Assembly: GCA_000708835.1 (NCBI GenBank)
Contig: DF237212.1
Coordinates: 54,734-118,733 of the forward strand
Length of the DNA stretch: 64,000 nt
Direction of reading: 5' to 3'
From: Klebsormidium nitens
Lineage: Eukaryota > Plantae > Klebsormidiophyceae
Part shown: piece by piece, positions 49,242 through 63,009 of the stretch
Layout of the letters: each line of letters begins with the position of its first letter
How positions within the stretch are numbered: the stretch's first letter is position 1
Program-made: the position numbers and the translations under genes
The notes under the pieces: generated by a model
Told to the model about the DNA's origin: nothing
What the model saw: only the letters and a program-made list of their open reading frames with translations
Databases searched by the model: none

Positions 49242-51549
49242 CCAGATGCAGAGAAAGAAGGTCGGAAGCATGATGTTCATCGAGAAGGCTCGAGGGGGAA
49301 AAGGATCTTATTTTGCGAGGCTTTTGTCCTGTTCAACGTTATCCTTTGAGTGGCGCCATGGCGTTTGGAGCGACTAGGCCAGTGCAGCGCGCGTTGATCT
49401 GCTTATATTGGTCGGTGGATCTAATTTCGTTGGACTTTGGGCGGTTACATGATGGATACTGCAAGATACGATTTAGGCCCCGTAACATGAGCCGTGCACC
49501 CCTAAAAAAGTATGCAAGGAGATCAAGCGTTTGTCTATCCATACGACCAAGGGAAACCTAGGTCAATAATGGAATCTGCAACCCTAATTATCATAACCAG
49601 TGCTAGGATATAGCTCTGAGAGTTCCATGGCAGATTGCATGCAGGGCTGCACAGGCCGCAGTTTGCTTCTAGCATGGTCCGTACATCGATCAAAAAGCCC
49701 ATGTAAGTGCACTACTTGAGACCTCTTCAGGTGACGGCTGCGATCCTCTGTTGGGCCTAATGAGCAAACATATCTGACATCTTACTAATATATATCAAGC
49801 TTGCGTGTGTGTCACGAATTTCCGCTCCGGCCAGAATAAACGTTTCGGCGAGAGGCCGTTTCAGGGCATATGAAGTAATGCTCCGAACGGCTTGCAAAAA
49901 TAGCAGGCAACGACCAGAGGGCCGCCCCTGCAAGTGTGTTCGGTATTGGGTATTAGCACAGCAAGCCGTCCCTAGACGGTCATTGACTTGCTGACTCTCC
50001 CTGACTCAGGACGAGTTAGCAAACCCGGATGCCCTCTAGAGACTTTATAAGCAGACTCGTTCTGCACTCTCTGTGGGTTAAATGGTAACAGGTTGAGCCG
50101 AGCCGGCACGTCGACGCACAGCCTGGCAATGCTCCGATACGACCGTTACCAGTCCCGGGTTAGCTTATTCACACCGTCAATGTACGGTACCCCGGAAGGC
50201 CTCGCAATAAAATTGCGCCCGGCCGGCCATGACTACATGCTGAGTCACTGACGTCACTCTACGGGAAGGGTTTTGGAACCAAACCCTGCGTAACGCTGTA
50301 ACGCAACGGCGTCGGCTTCAACACCGCGCTCCACGTGTCGGTTGGTTGATCCGACGGACAGCGATAGAATCCTCGCTGATCGAAACGTGGCCCAGTGCTA
50401 CTTCAGCTCCATGTTCTTCTCGGCACCCCTCACCAATATTCTGCGAAGGGAAGACTTAAGAAGCTCACGAAAGCATGGTCTTCGAAAGGGGACGGGTAAC
50501 TTAATCAAAAATCGGCCGCCACAAGGGGCACCTCATACAACTTAGGCTTCTTCCTGATCTTTCAAGCATCATATGGACTATATGAAGGCCGGGCGCTAGC
50601 CTGCACGCAGCCCCTCAGTTACACATAGTTGATATAACAACCCTGAAGCGCAGTGGAGACTTCTAGTAAGCACGAGCGTTCCAATGGCATTCATTCAACT
50701 TGGTACTCTTTTGGGCCCTCTTGAATGGTCAACGGTGTCCGAGGCGGCATATGCAAGCGTCGATGCATGATTGAACGACTTCGAAGAATTTTTCCAATCA
50801 GGGCTGGCAGGTTGCAGGTGAATGGAGTGCCGAAGTGGCGGCGATCGACACGCTGATCAAGTCTCATACCAAGTGATATACGCCCTGATGAGGTGTAGCA
50901 TGCAGAGGAATCATATGCTAGACATGCTGCTTCGCTGTCAGTGATTGCTCCATAACTATATTGATAGAACGTTCTTTTATGAAGCCCTAGCTCCGGAATT
51001 GCTTGTCTCTGCGCCATGAGCCCAGGTGCCTAAGCGTGTATAGAAAGATGTGACCATCAACTGATCGGAGCCAAGAAGTTCACGAGACTCAGGTGAAATG
51101 GCTTAGTCCGATCCCTCTTGATCAAGCCGTGCATGACTCCACAATATGCAGGATTCCACGACAACTCAAGAAAAGCTATCAGCTGCTCTCAAACTTAGAT
51201 CCGTGGGCTGATCGGACAGCCACAAGTCTGATGTTGATGGTCATTAGTACTTGCCAGCGATCGGCGGCAAATAGTTAGCACCCTATCCTGTTGCAGTGGC
51301 CCTTCCTAGCTTCCTACGGGAGTCCCAGTTGTGCAGTCCTATCACACTATTGCGTTTCTTCCATCCGTCGATTAGTGCCGTTCAAACCAGCTTGGACGAC
51401 ATCTGTTGTGACGTTCCATCGTATGCTGCCACGCCCTGCCTATCCACCAGTACCGTCGTTTCTTTCAATCTGGCTGTTGGTCATTCTTACAGCGCACTGG
51501 CTTCCTCATCAAATCTTTTAGAAAATAATTCCTATCGCTATAACAGTGC

Positions 51550-54500
51550 TCAAACCTCGGACTTGACCAGAGGGCTGTGCAGTCCGGTGGATGGCCGTGC
51601 CCTGTTCCGCAGGGAGACGACCAGCCAGACGAGGCACGCGGGAAGCAGAGCGTACTTAGCCACCATACCGATGGAAGCGAGCGACAGCCCAACCGATGCC
51701 AGGGCGGAGCCGAGCCATGTGCGCGGCGTGATCAGGGTCTCGTCAGCCCACAAGCGGAGACCAGCTGCAAGGTAGAGATTTGGGGAATAAGCAAACACTG
51801 AACGCCAATCCAATTATTGATTCAAAAGAAAGACAGAATAACACGTAATGATGCTCGCCAGCCATTGTAGCGAGTCCTTTGACGATCAAAGCACTTTCGT
51901 TTCTGGCAGAGCGTGAAAAGGTTCCCGAGTTTCTTGAAGTTCCAAGTGCTTGGGCACGGGATATAGCTTACATGTTGCCCTCGCGCAATAGGATATGAGA
52001 GGATCTCGTGGACAGACTTGAGATCGAATGAAGTTAGAGAAGCGGTGACGACGGTGCGATTCGAGTTGCTCACCATGGGGCTCAAGCTCCGCGGGAACGC
52101 CCGCGGCCGCTGCCGTGACGTCGACGTCGGCCTGCAGGGGCGCGCCCTGGTACTCGACCGCCAGCGCGGAGAGGCTGCCCTTGCCCGAGCGGGTCGCCTG
52201 GAAGAGCGGAGTGACGCCCGTGAAGGTGTACATGACGGCGTCGAACTCGGCGCCCGCGGGCAGGGGCCCGTCCCGGACCACCACCGCGCAGCTGTGCGCG
52301 CCCGTGCGCGCGGAGAAGCTCGGCTCGCGCTCGGCGGAGTTGCCGCCGACTGCAGAAAGGCGGAAAGGAATAAAGTCAAGACGTGAAGCCAGGCCAAGTT
52401 CACCGGAAGAGTTTAGTATCAATCAGGAACATGCTGGAGCACAACGGAGGCCAACGTCTTTGACTGTCCAGCGACTGGTTCCATGAACGCAGAAGAGGAA
52501 ACCGCGTGCAACGCAGAAGCGTCTCGACGATTCCTAAAGCTGGATGGCGTATATCAACATTTGCGTAGGATGCCAAGCCTGCGCCCGTCTCACCTTTAGC
52601 GGCGACGAGCGTGAGCACGGACCGCTGTGCGGCGAGGCCGGCCATGCCGGAGCGCTGGGTGCGCAGCGTGGCGCGCCCGACGAGCGCGGGCAGCACCAGC
52701 AGCTGCGCGAGCACGCCCTCGTCGCGCTCCGCGTGCAGGCACTTGGCGCGCGCCTCCTCCGCGATCAGCACGTTGTTCAGGATGCTGACGGCGCACTGGG
52801 AAAGGGCAGGTAATTTTGTCAGAGGGAGTAGTGTGGGCAAGACTGCATGAGTCTGATGGACGTTGCTGACAATCGACGTAGGCCAGGCGCCTATGAAGGG
52901 CGGAACGTTCAGCGGCAAGAAAGGCTGCAATACTACGCGTGCGTTCAGTAATCTAGATTGGGTCAGAGACGCATGAATTGTTTCAAATGCGATCAGTAAA
53001 AAGCACGTATTCTGAGTCCCTTCTTCTTGACGAAGTTGGCATTTCGTTTCGCGAAACTCACGTCGGCGGTGCTGATGTCCGCAACAGCTGCCGTGTCGGC
53101 CTTGAGAGACGCCTTGAAGGACGCCTCAATGAACGCAAGGATGTCTTCGCTGGAAGTCCACGTGGCAGCCGGGACGGCCGTGACGTCGACCAGGGAGCAA
53201 ATAGCGGAGTGGAGATGGACAGTCGAAACAGCCGGCTGGGAGCTGAGCTCGGCGACCTTGTGAGAAAGGGCGGCGCGCATGGTCTCGATGGAGCCTGCAT
53301 CAGAGCGGAGGTAAAGGGTGAGGCTTGGGAGCGACAGGCGTGGTTATCTTCACAGTCAATGTACCTGCACAATGCGTTGTCGAAGATGGAGAAAAGTGTC
53401 AAGTTGCACATAGCAATCACTTGCGTTCCCCTCCAATTACGAAGGTCACTACAAATTTCTATATCCAAAAGAAGGGTTGTTCCGTCATAGCCTGAGCCTA
53501 GATTCTCAAGCCGTGTGTAGAGACTTCTCTGACTTGGAACAGAGCCCGATTGCACTACATTATTGTTCTCATTCAGGACGTCGAGGAGCCACTTCCACCC
53601 ACCATCGACGGTGCAGAGCTTGTCGGCGCCCTTCATCCCCAGGCCCCGCGTGTACCGCAGCGCTTTGCCCACGTCAGCGGACCGGATGGCCCAGACGAGG
53701 TCCTGGAAGCTCTGGCTCGCGGGCGCGGCCGCCATGTCGTCCGCGGCCTTGATCGCGGCCGCGTGGCCCGACACGCCCTCCAGAACGAGCCGCATCTCCT
53801 CCTCGATCTCCGCCCGTTCGCTCTGCTCCGCCGCGTCAACAGACTCCGCGTGGCCCGACAGGCCCTCCCCAATGGCCGCCTCCTCAGCCGCAATCTCCTC
53901 CTCTTCCGTCAGCTCAGCGCTCTCCTCAGTGGCGCCCGAAAGGCCCTCTCCGATCTCCTGCGCCTCCGCTCGGATCTCGTCCAGTTCGCTGCCCTCTCCG
54001 GACAGTCCCTCGCCGATCGCCGCCTCCTCGGACGCAATGTCGTCCGCGACCAGGCCCTCGAGCGCGCCGGAGATGCCCTCGCCGATCTCGTTCTCCTCCC
54101 GCGCGATTTCGGCGGCTTCAGAGACGGCCTCCGAGACGAGGGAGCGCCGGCGGCGGTGCTGTTGCTGGTGCTGGGCGGAGCTCAGCTTGAGCTTCGAGAA
54201 ACCGCGGGTGACGTCACCGGAGAGGCCCTCGCCGATGGACGCGGCATCGGCGGCGATCTCGTCCTGCTCGGCGCTCGGGTTGGCTGCGGGCAGAAGGGAA
54301 ACAGAGGCTTTAGTGTTGCGTCAGCAAGCGGAGCATGCTTTTTGTTATGGTGCTTGCACAGGGAAATGGAAGAGACTTGAGAAAGTGATTCTGTACGAAG
54401 AAGGCGTGTTTGGGGATGTTTTTGGATGGCAACGGAAAGGTCATCACTCGAGGGAAGGCGACTGACAAGAACGAAACGGTAGAACAAGTTTCCTTTTTGT

Positions 54501-57043
54501 GCTGGCCAACTTGCGTCCCTTTGACGCTTTTTGAACGCCGTTCAGGTTGATCTGTTAGGTGATTAGGTAGACAAACGAGAGACTCTGTCTTACCTGATTC
54601 CACGCTGCCTTCGTAGAAGACGCAGTTGTCCACGGAGAAGGGAAGGTACGTGAACTTGGCGTCAGTGGTGGCTCCGTAGAGCTCGGCGTTTGCTGCAAAG
54701 GGCACCGTATAGACAAATGAGCAAGATACTTCAGATCTCTATGTCAGAAGCAAATTGCACTTCGTCTCTCGTCGATCAGAGTTGCTGTGAGAATCTTCTG
54801 AAATCGTCGCACAGACAGGACTCCAGGAGCACGTTGGATGACGTCACTCACCGGTATACGTGAAAGTGGGCCCAGCCACTGAGAAGTTGACGCCATCGGG
54901 ACTGATCCTGACAACAACACGTTCGCTGCCCATCTGCAGCGCAAGAATCAGCGGAGACTATCGGATTGGGGGCGGAGAACGGATTGCGATCCGATCACCT
55001 TAGGTAGTTTGCTACTTGAACTTTGCAAGCATGGCCATAACATTTGGAAGGCGGTCTGTCCATGGAAGCTGTTTCAGAAGAGGAGCCTAGCTCGGCCAGT
55101 GTTGGCATCGACGTGCGCACCTGGGGTGGCACGGTGCAGGTGATCATTGTCGGTCCTTCCCCGCTCTCAGGTGGTGTAACAGTGGAGGCCTTGAAAGCGA
55201 GATCGCCGAACCTGCATGTGTGGGAGCAAGCCCTTAGGCGAGAGAGATTGCAAGCGACGCAAACTAATTATATGCACACCAAGAGCTTCCATCGGGGTCT
55301 GGCAGAGTTGATCGAGACGAACTCCTAGCAGCTACTTGGAGAACGGTCTTAGACGGCAGAAAATGATGTTCCCCTCCTTACTTGCAGAAGAAGGTCGTAT
55401 GGTCCTCAGGGATTGAACCAGCCAGGCCGATGGTGACCTGCGTGTGGCCAGCGGAAGGACCGTACTCGGGCGAGATGGCAAAAGCGCACACATCTGGAAA
55501 AGAGAGCGTTGATTGATTAGTTCTGTGTCTTAGTTCTTGATGTCCCACGAATGAATGTCGCTGATTGTTCGTTGAGGGCTGATGAGAATAAGCGCGTTAT
55601 AAGACCATCTCTAAAGCGCTCAAATCAATCACGGGCTCCACATGAGCTTTGGATATCACGTGACAGTGCGAATGCCTCCTCCTTTCAGTAAAAGCGATCT
55701 GAGGGAAACATTTGTGTGCTCAAAGCAGACTAAGCGATGAAGGAGGGTTCAGAAATCGGAAGCGAGCCTTGAAAGAATGTACACTCACCGAAGTCTTTTG
55801 CCGGCTTTGAGCCGAGCCCCTGCTGCAACAAGCTGCTCTCCTCTGTGAAGAGAAGCTCGTCGTCCTCCATGGTCTTCCGGCCGTGAGCTCCATAAAAGCC
55901 ACCCCCATAGAAGCTGGTATCTACAGCACTCGTGGTCCTGTGACAGAGGTGACAATGCAAGGGTGGGCTTCTTGCAACCAATGAAGTAGCTCTGGAAGAT
56001 GCGAGTCCACTTAGCCATCAATTGCATCGACAAACTGTGCAGTCTAAGCTGGCTCCCAGATTGATACGAAAGCTTTACACAAGCACCGCAACGTATATTT
56101 GCTGGGAAGATACTCACGTCATCATGTCCGCGTCCGAGTCGAGCAACTCTCTGTGGAGTCCAAGGAGCTCCTCCTCAACACTGCCAGAGCTGCAGTGGAG
56201 GTGAATATTCGTTGGTCAGAAGGCTTCTTTTGAACCCTGCTCGGAAGACCTGTTCCCTGCTTGCATCCTGCTACTGGTTTTGCAGCACTGAAGATCCTCA
56301 CGGCAGAACTGACACCCTACGAACACAATCTGGACCTGATCTTTCCCTTGTCATCGATCCAATTGCTTGATCTTGCGCTATGTTACCACACTGCTTTTTC
56401 AGGGTGCTGACACTATCCAACTCACCTTCCGTCAAAGCCAAACAGGCGCCGGCTGGCTGCCTTGGCTGGCTTGGCTGCATACAAGGTGGTGAAGGTGGAG
56501 CTGTCTGCTGAGAACTGCTCGCCATCCAGGGAGACAGTCACTGTGGCAACTCCCACATCAAGAAGAGGAGCACGGCACAAGATCCGTGCTGCACTTGCTG
56601 GCGTAGCTGGAACATACTCTCCATCAACAACCTCGGAGTCGAACCTGCACTTTGCAGGGAGCTCGGTAGAATCCACGACCAGTGTATCCTCCTGCATACA
56701 GAAGAGAGAGTCAAGTTTGAAGAAATTGTGAAAAGGATGAGCTTCCATCAAGACAGTGCTCAAAGCTGCTCAAGTAGATCAGGTTAGGATCGTTCCATAC
56801 TCGTTGCGAGAAAGTTGGGAGAAATGGTCAGAAGCTTATGCGTACCTCAAACCTTGATCTCTTCAGCATTTCTGCTGTGACTCCTTTCAAGGGCATTGTG
56901 CCCGGCGCTAGATGAATGCTGATTAGTGTTCCATCCCCTTGTTCGCCCACGCTTGGGGAAACTATTGAAATGCCAGGAAGCCCTGCACTGCATACGACCA
57001 AGCAGCTCACAAGCAACGCTGAGAGGACGATGGCTCGAGCCAT
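51550..57043 (-). CDS. Uncharacterised type-I membrane protein (13 exons, roughly 900 aa): signal peptide, two IPT/TIG-like domains, acidic repeat block, unknown domain, C-terminal TM
   Basis: All 12 introns join GT-AG in compatible phase. Signal MARAIVLSALLVSCLVVCSA; IPT-like 'CRF..EVVDG...ILCRAP...VTVSLDGEQFS...FT' and 'ISPEYGPSAGHTQVTI...FCKFGD...ITCTVP...VRISPDGVNFS...FTYT'; TM YALLPACLVWLVVSL followed by a short tail. Several exons are strongly GC3-biased. Confidence 0.85.
53760..54270 (-). repeat. Six coding repeats of consensus E-I-x-x-E-x-x-x-I-G-E-G-L-S-G
   Basis: DEIAADAASIGEGLSG, AEIAREENEIGEGISG, DDIASEEAAIGEGLSG, DEIRAEAQEIGEGLSG, EEIAAEEAAIGEGLSG, AEIEEEMRLVLEGVSG. Confidence 0.9.
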
Positions 57044-59613
57044 CCTTGCAAAGCACAACTGTCTCAGAAGCGCGCTTCCCCCGGAATTTCCGTTACAGGG
57101 CTATGGCAGCAGTATGCGGTGCTCTCCAAGTCCCCGTAGGACCAAGACGCATGAGCCTCCCTTTTGGTCAACTGCGCTCCTCTCTGTGGTAAAACACCTG
57201 CCTGGAGGGTATCTTTCTTCTTCTTCCAGATTCAATCGCGACCCCTTTTCGGCAAAGTTGTACAAGACAGATTGACCGAGCTGCAGGAGCTGGCTACCAA
57301 TGAAAGCTGAGCTAAGAACAGGGCTGATTGAAGAGCCTGGGCATTCCAGAGCTCAAGATCACCAGCAAGCTTTTCCTTTGAACCTGGTATGGATGGTGCT
57401 CAGCTCGCTTGAACTGCAGAAACTGCAAGCTCAACGGCAGCCCGCCACAAAAGAGCTGCCCGACAATGACATTGACGGCCTGTGCCCGCAAATGCCGCGG
57501 TTTACACCACTTTGGGACGTCACGGCTCAGCTGTTGAGTGTGATTGCCGGGTGACTGCCACTTATCAAGTTTATTTGGGCTCTCAACAGTTGATGTTGCA
57601 GCAATGCAATTCAGTTTGTCGTTTTCAGCTCGTACACAGGAACAGCAATGTCGGCCGGCTTCCGCCACGAATGAAGTACTGCATGGTGCACCCGGACAAA
57701 ATTCAATATTTTGGTGATGCAGGAAACGGCAAACCTAACATCTGCCATCAGTGTAATAAGTGCCAGAAACTTGGCGAGGCTCAGGCGTGGCAGAGCAGCT
57801 CTACCATATTAAAAGGCACAAGCCTTAGTCCCTCAAGAAGTCAAAAAGATACGGGTTGAAAGCCGTAGCATGGTTCCAATCGCCGACTGTATTGACATAG
57901 ACAAGCCGGAGCACCTCAACGAAGATATTAACCGACTATATTCATGTATTACGCGATCTGCAACCGCACATCTAAACCCCACTTTACTCCATCCATCCCC
58001 CGGGTGCTCAACTTGACCCAACCGGCTCTAAGAAGTCCATCACGACTTACCAGAGGTCCCTGAAGGCTGAGTCTAGGTAGTATTTACCTACGCAAGATCG
58101 GAAGTTGAGCCTGCAACAGCAACTGGGCGGCTCGCGGCCAGCAGACGGCCGCTGCCAGCGGCGGACATTCATACCTATGATGGTACGGTACCTCCAAGAC
58201 CCGTTTCACTTGCATGCACAGGTATTAGTGGTAGCAATCTCAAGTGCTGCCACCGGAAGTGACAGTTGCGCGCGATCGAATCCTAGAAGCTGGATCGAAC
58301 CGTCCAATCCGAGCAGAGGCTATTCGAAAACCGTAGATGTCGCACTCCGTCCATGCTGACGTCAAGTCTCAGTAGGTTTCTGGTGTTCAGCCTGCCGAAT
58401 CTTAGTGACTTTGTGAAAGCTAAATATTTCCGAACTTAGCGTGAGGCTGCTGCATCAGCATTAGTCACCCTCTTCGGTGCTAGCATACTTAGTCGCGTTG
58501 CCAGGCCGAACCAAAGACTCAGTGTCGGACGAACTCAAACTGAATCGCAAACTCAGCTAGGACAACCATGCGCGGCTTGTCAAGCGTAAGAGTTCAAAGT
58601 CCAGCTAGGAAAAGTTTTAAAGCGATCGAGTATCAAACCACGATCCCCGTCCATGACCGCTACGTGAACATCAAATGGTGACATACTCAACCTGGCATGT
58701 GCTAGACCAAAAGAAACCATCGAAGGTTCAGTACTAGCATGAGAGCTAGTCATGAGATAGAGCTAGTTTTCGACCTCCAACCGCACTTGGTACGTCCGGC
58801 CATGCATATATGCCAGTAGTATACGGTACGATATGTAAATCCTTATATTCTGTGCGATGTCGATCGGCAATTCCATGTGCATGCACCGGCGGCGCAACAG
58901 ATCGCACATGCTGAATGCTGTATGACTTTGACCGCTCGATCGCAATTGGGTTTCATTCCGATCGCACACTAGTTTCATTATGTGTGGTTGACAAAAAATA
59001 ATTGCTGCCACCTTACAAATGACACATTGCTGATTGTTTTCCCTGCATGATGCATATTCATGCGACGGTATAGACGAGGTGCATTTGAAGAAAGTCTTTT
59101 TGCTTATATGCTGGATATCAATCCAATTAACTAGCAGTTAGCTTATATGTGTCAAGGTCCGATCATGCTGCAAACAAAAATTGTAGTGCATTCCGACGAA
59201 AAACCGTTTGGCTCTGAATGTGCCATACCATGGAATTCTCTAAGAGGTCTGCTCAGACGTGCGCTCCGAAGCAGCGGTCTTTGGGGGTCAAAGAAATCTG
59301 AAAGCTTCAACTCAATTGCCGTTCCCAAACCAATATATTTGCATGACATCCCCAATACGCAATAGCTCGTGGAAACCCCTGAATGCACGATCAAAAGGAA
59401 CGGTGACAACTGGTGGCCTATCAAGCCTCACACTTTTTCTTGACCGGGGGCTGCCCAAACGCAAACCGCAATTGATCAAAGAGCAATCACAGCCGCCTTT
59501 TTCTGGTCTAGGCTTAGCTAGGCTGAAGCCTGCTTGACCCGGTGAATGAACTCGTTTATGCTAGCGGAAAAGCAAAGAGTGCGCGCTTCAATCCACCTAT
59601 CGAAGACCCCGTA

Positions 59614-62600
59614 TTATTGAGAACCGCTACTTCTTTGACTAGTAAAGAGCTGTACGGTTTTGTAAGTCCACTTGTCGATCATGCCTGCACGCTCAAAACA
59701 AAGGAGTCAGGCAGGAAGATATGAGAGCATGGTCATTTTCGATTCGATGCGCGGCACAAGAGGCCAAACAGGTTTCGCAATGTTCGTGCAGGTGAGATAC
59801 GGTCTCTCGAATGTGGATGGACCTTGTCAATTGGTCCTTTGACTCACCAGTGACTGCAAAGGTGCCCCCCAACACAGCGCAGATCCGAGTAAGGAAGTGG
59901 CCGAAGTTCCTCCGTCTTTCGGTGACTTTGACAGCAATGGGAGAAAGATCGTACAGAAAGTAGACAGCTGTAACCCGAACAGAAGAACAGTGTGTGTCAG
60001 CAACAGCAGTTTTTGCGGGCTTCAGGAACGACTTCAGTCGCAATCCAAAGAGGACTGTCCGTCGGAAAGGCACGTGCTGGGTTGGAACCTATTGCACAGA
60101 TCTTCTGTACATATTTGGCAAGCGACTGTGCATGACGTCGTTTGTTAACGCCCTTAGATTACTCCTTGTAAGGTCAAGCCTCACTGTACCGCCACGACAT
60201 ACCTAAGCATCTCAGTTGAACGATGAACCGATCTTTGAAGCTGCTACGACCTCCCTCGTCTGATCATACTAGAGAACGCTCCCGATCATATCCAGCTATC
60301 CACCGTGGAACCCCAACTTGAAGTGCTGCTCATTGAGAAACCAGTCTGCTAAACCCTTATCCTTAACCAACTTTGAATGAAGATACGTCCAAGCAGAGGA
60401 CAAAGCTTAGTTCAACAGAGCAACCGACGCGCCTCATCGGCATGCTGAATCTACTCAATACTTGTAACCACTCTAACGCTCTTTCCCTCCAAAGCTTCAA
60501 ATCAATCCAGGCAACACCGGCTTCCTAGCTGGCAACTCAGCGGCTTTGAAGATTCAGGACCTTGAAGGATGCTCAGTGCACTCGTTTTACCTGGAAGGCC
60601 CCCCGGTTGCATGGATGATGGCATGAAATACTCCGTGACGGAGTACTGGTTGGTTTCCACATGATCGCCTTTAAGAGGGAAGTACTCTGTCGGGACAACC
60701 TGCAGCAGATCGGCATGACAACTGATGAGGAAGGGCTGGAGTGAAAGATGTCTCACAACTCCAAAGGTCGTTGCAGTCTCGGACGAATGTATGTCGAGCA
60801 GGGTTTGCAGGAGTATCGTGAAAGAATGGCTATACTTTCGCAAGAGCAGAAGCGTAGAACCGATTGGACCTTCTCAAAACGAATATCTTTTCGAGGAAGA
60901 GCAACATGACAGTTGCTGCACTTAGGAAACGGACGCTTTCATGCTTCCTTCCGATCACGGCTTACTTTCACAGCCTCCGCTGTCAAAACTGAGTAGCCCC
61001 CTGAGATTGACGTCAACCCTTACCTTGATGAAGTACTTGAAAGTGCCGCTCTCTTGTTCTGTCTTTAGAATCCTGGTGTAACCATCCAAGGGGTTCGTGG
61101 TCCCAGGAATTGGAGGCCCAAAAGATACAGACTCAATGTGATGGCTGACGTTTACTGTGCTCGCACTTGCAAATACCTGCGAGATAAGAGACCCTTCTTC
61201 AGCAACAGAGGAAGACACGACATCGGAACATCCGCTTGGCCCTGAGCGAATCTTTCGTGGACTACTACCCTGTACCTACGAAACATTTAGAGACAAGCAG
61301 CACGGTACTCACAACTGACGTCGCAATCTTTACTTGCTACGGAATGCAAGCAAGATTACAAACTGAGTATGATGCTCACGTTGGTGACTTACCTGTCCCA
61401 GCACATAGTAGCTTTGCCCATGGACACTGATGTGGAAGTTGCCTGCGACTCGCTCCACGTCCAGGTGCCCATATACCTGCAAACGAACTCCACATCTTTT
61501 CTACCTGGCTGTAAACTTTTTGTCGACAAACCAGATGCAAGACCTCAAATCAAACCCAGGAGGGGGACCAGGTCGATGAGGAAGGAATAACAACATTGTC
61601 CCATACGGTCACAGGAGCGCCGAAAGAACCGATTCTTCACGTAAACCCATGACTGTCAAGCAGAGAAGCTGTTCGAATGAGATCTACAGTAGGCACGGCC
61701 ACACTTCGACTCACCCTGCAGCCCTCCTGATTGGCCAACGCAGCCTTGATGTCTTCTACCTGCTTGTTCGCGTCTGCTTGAGCAGCCCGACGAGCGTTGG
61801 CCAACGCAAAATCATGCTCAGTGGTATCTTCTGCGTGCGCCTCATTGTGAGCAGTATCGTCAGCATGGTCCAGCTTGTCAACCTGCTGCCAGATGCCAGG
61901 CCGGCCTTGGGAGTCCAGGCGGGCCTGTACGGAGCACATGGAACCACTTCTCACCAGCCACAATGAAAGCAAGCCAAACATGGCACATCATCTAGAATGA
62001 ACAGCAGCAAGAAGCCTGTGCTAGATCATATTGGGGATGAAAGAGCAACAGCCACTGACCATGTCTGCGGCTGCAGACACGGGGCTACTGATCAACAAAG
62101 GCGCTCTCTGAGTCTTACCTTCCAGATATTGTTGCTGATGTCTACTTCATGTTTGCCAGACATGTCGAGGGCATCCAAACTCAAAACTGCACCAACAGGA
62201 CGGCACTGCCGACATCAGCCAGCTTAAGGATTCCTGCAGCTTGAAACACCCCACTCCCATCCACCGAGAGCAAGATAAGCAGCGCAGGTGCGCCCAAAGA
62301 GCGAGCACACCTGAATCTCTTTATACATATGCCCCAAGGAGTGCACCTGGATCTGTTTCATCAATAAGCTACGAACAATTGGATGTCATCCAATGGGGTG
62401 TTAGTGCTAACCTGAGCAAGGTAAGGATGGGAAAGTGATGTTGATGTGGATAGGTAGCTTTTCCCGTCCTTTCACGTCAACGGTCATCTGCAGGCAAACA
62501 AAGCACATAAGCTGATTACTCTGCTGACAATCTCCTACATACACAGAACCCTCCTGCCATACATAGAGTCTGATGCCAACTGGTGATGCTTGAGAAGAGC

Positions 62601-63009
62601 CGCTTAGGCATCATGAGCGGAGGCATTCGGAACAGAGCCTCCACAAGCAGAAGATAGACTGGAAACATACGGACAGGTTTAGTTCAGCAAACTCACCTCA
62701 TTCTCTGTGTAAGGTGTCATGTAGAATTGCAGTTCGTTGACAAAGAGAAGGACCATCAAGGATATTCCCATGATTGATACTGCAAAGACCGCCTCATTCG
62801 GGTTAGCCAAACAATGGTAGGCTGATTGTAAAGACCAAGCAAGGAGGGCAGGGATTGTACAATCAAGACTTCGCTGCCCACACTGAAACGCCTACTCAAA
62901 GCACACAGATGAACTTACTTGCTGCGCCCGAAATAGTCCTCTGAGTCAGGTGCGATTCCGCCCGGGGATAAGCATCGATGCGGCTAAGGGCCGCTATTTT
63001 GAAAGCCAT
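59614..63009 (-). CDS. ER-Golgi intermediate compartment protein (ERGIC2/3, Erv41/Erv46 family)
   Basis: MAFKIAALSRIDAYPRAESHLTQRTISGAA|ISIMGISLMVLLFVNELQFY..|MTVDVKGREKLPIHINITFPSLPCS|VLSLDALDMSGKHEVDISNNIWK|...EGCR...NVSHHIESVSFGP..PGTTNPLDG..GTFKYFIK|VVPTEY...NQYSVTEY...FLYDLSPIAVKVTERRRNFGHFLTRICAVLGGTFAVTG|MIDKW...*. Confidence 0.95.

Noticed and set aside
50691-51017. Minus-strand ORF with AP2-like spacing (YGAITDSEAACLAYDSSA)
   Set aside because: Lacks the YRG/WxAEI/WLG and LNF elements; likely chance.
57100-58270. Possible + strand spliced gene with Cys-rich ORFs (CHQCNKCQK, EPGHSR)
   Set aside because: No coherent phase-consistent model; overlaps the expected 5' UTR and promoter of the membrane-protein gene.
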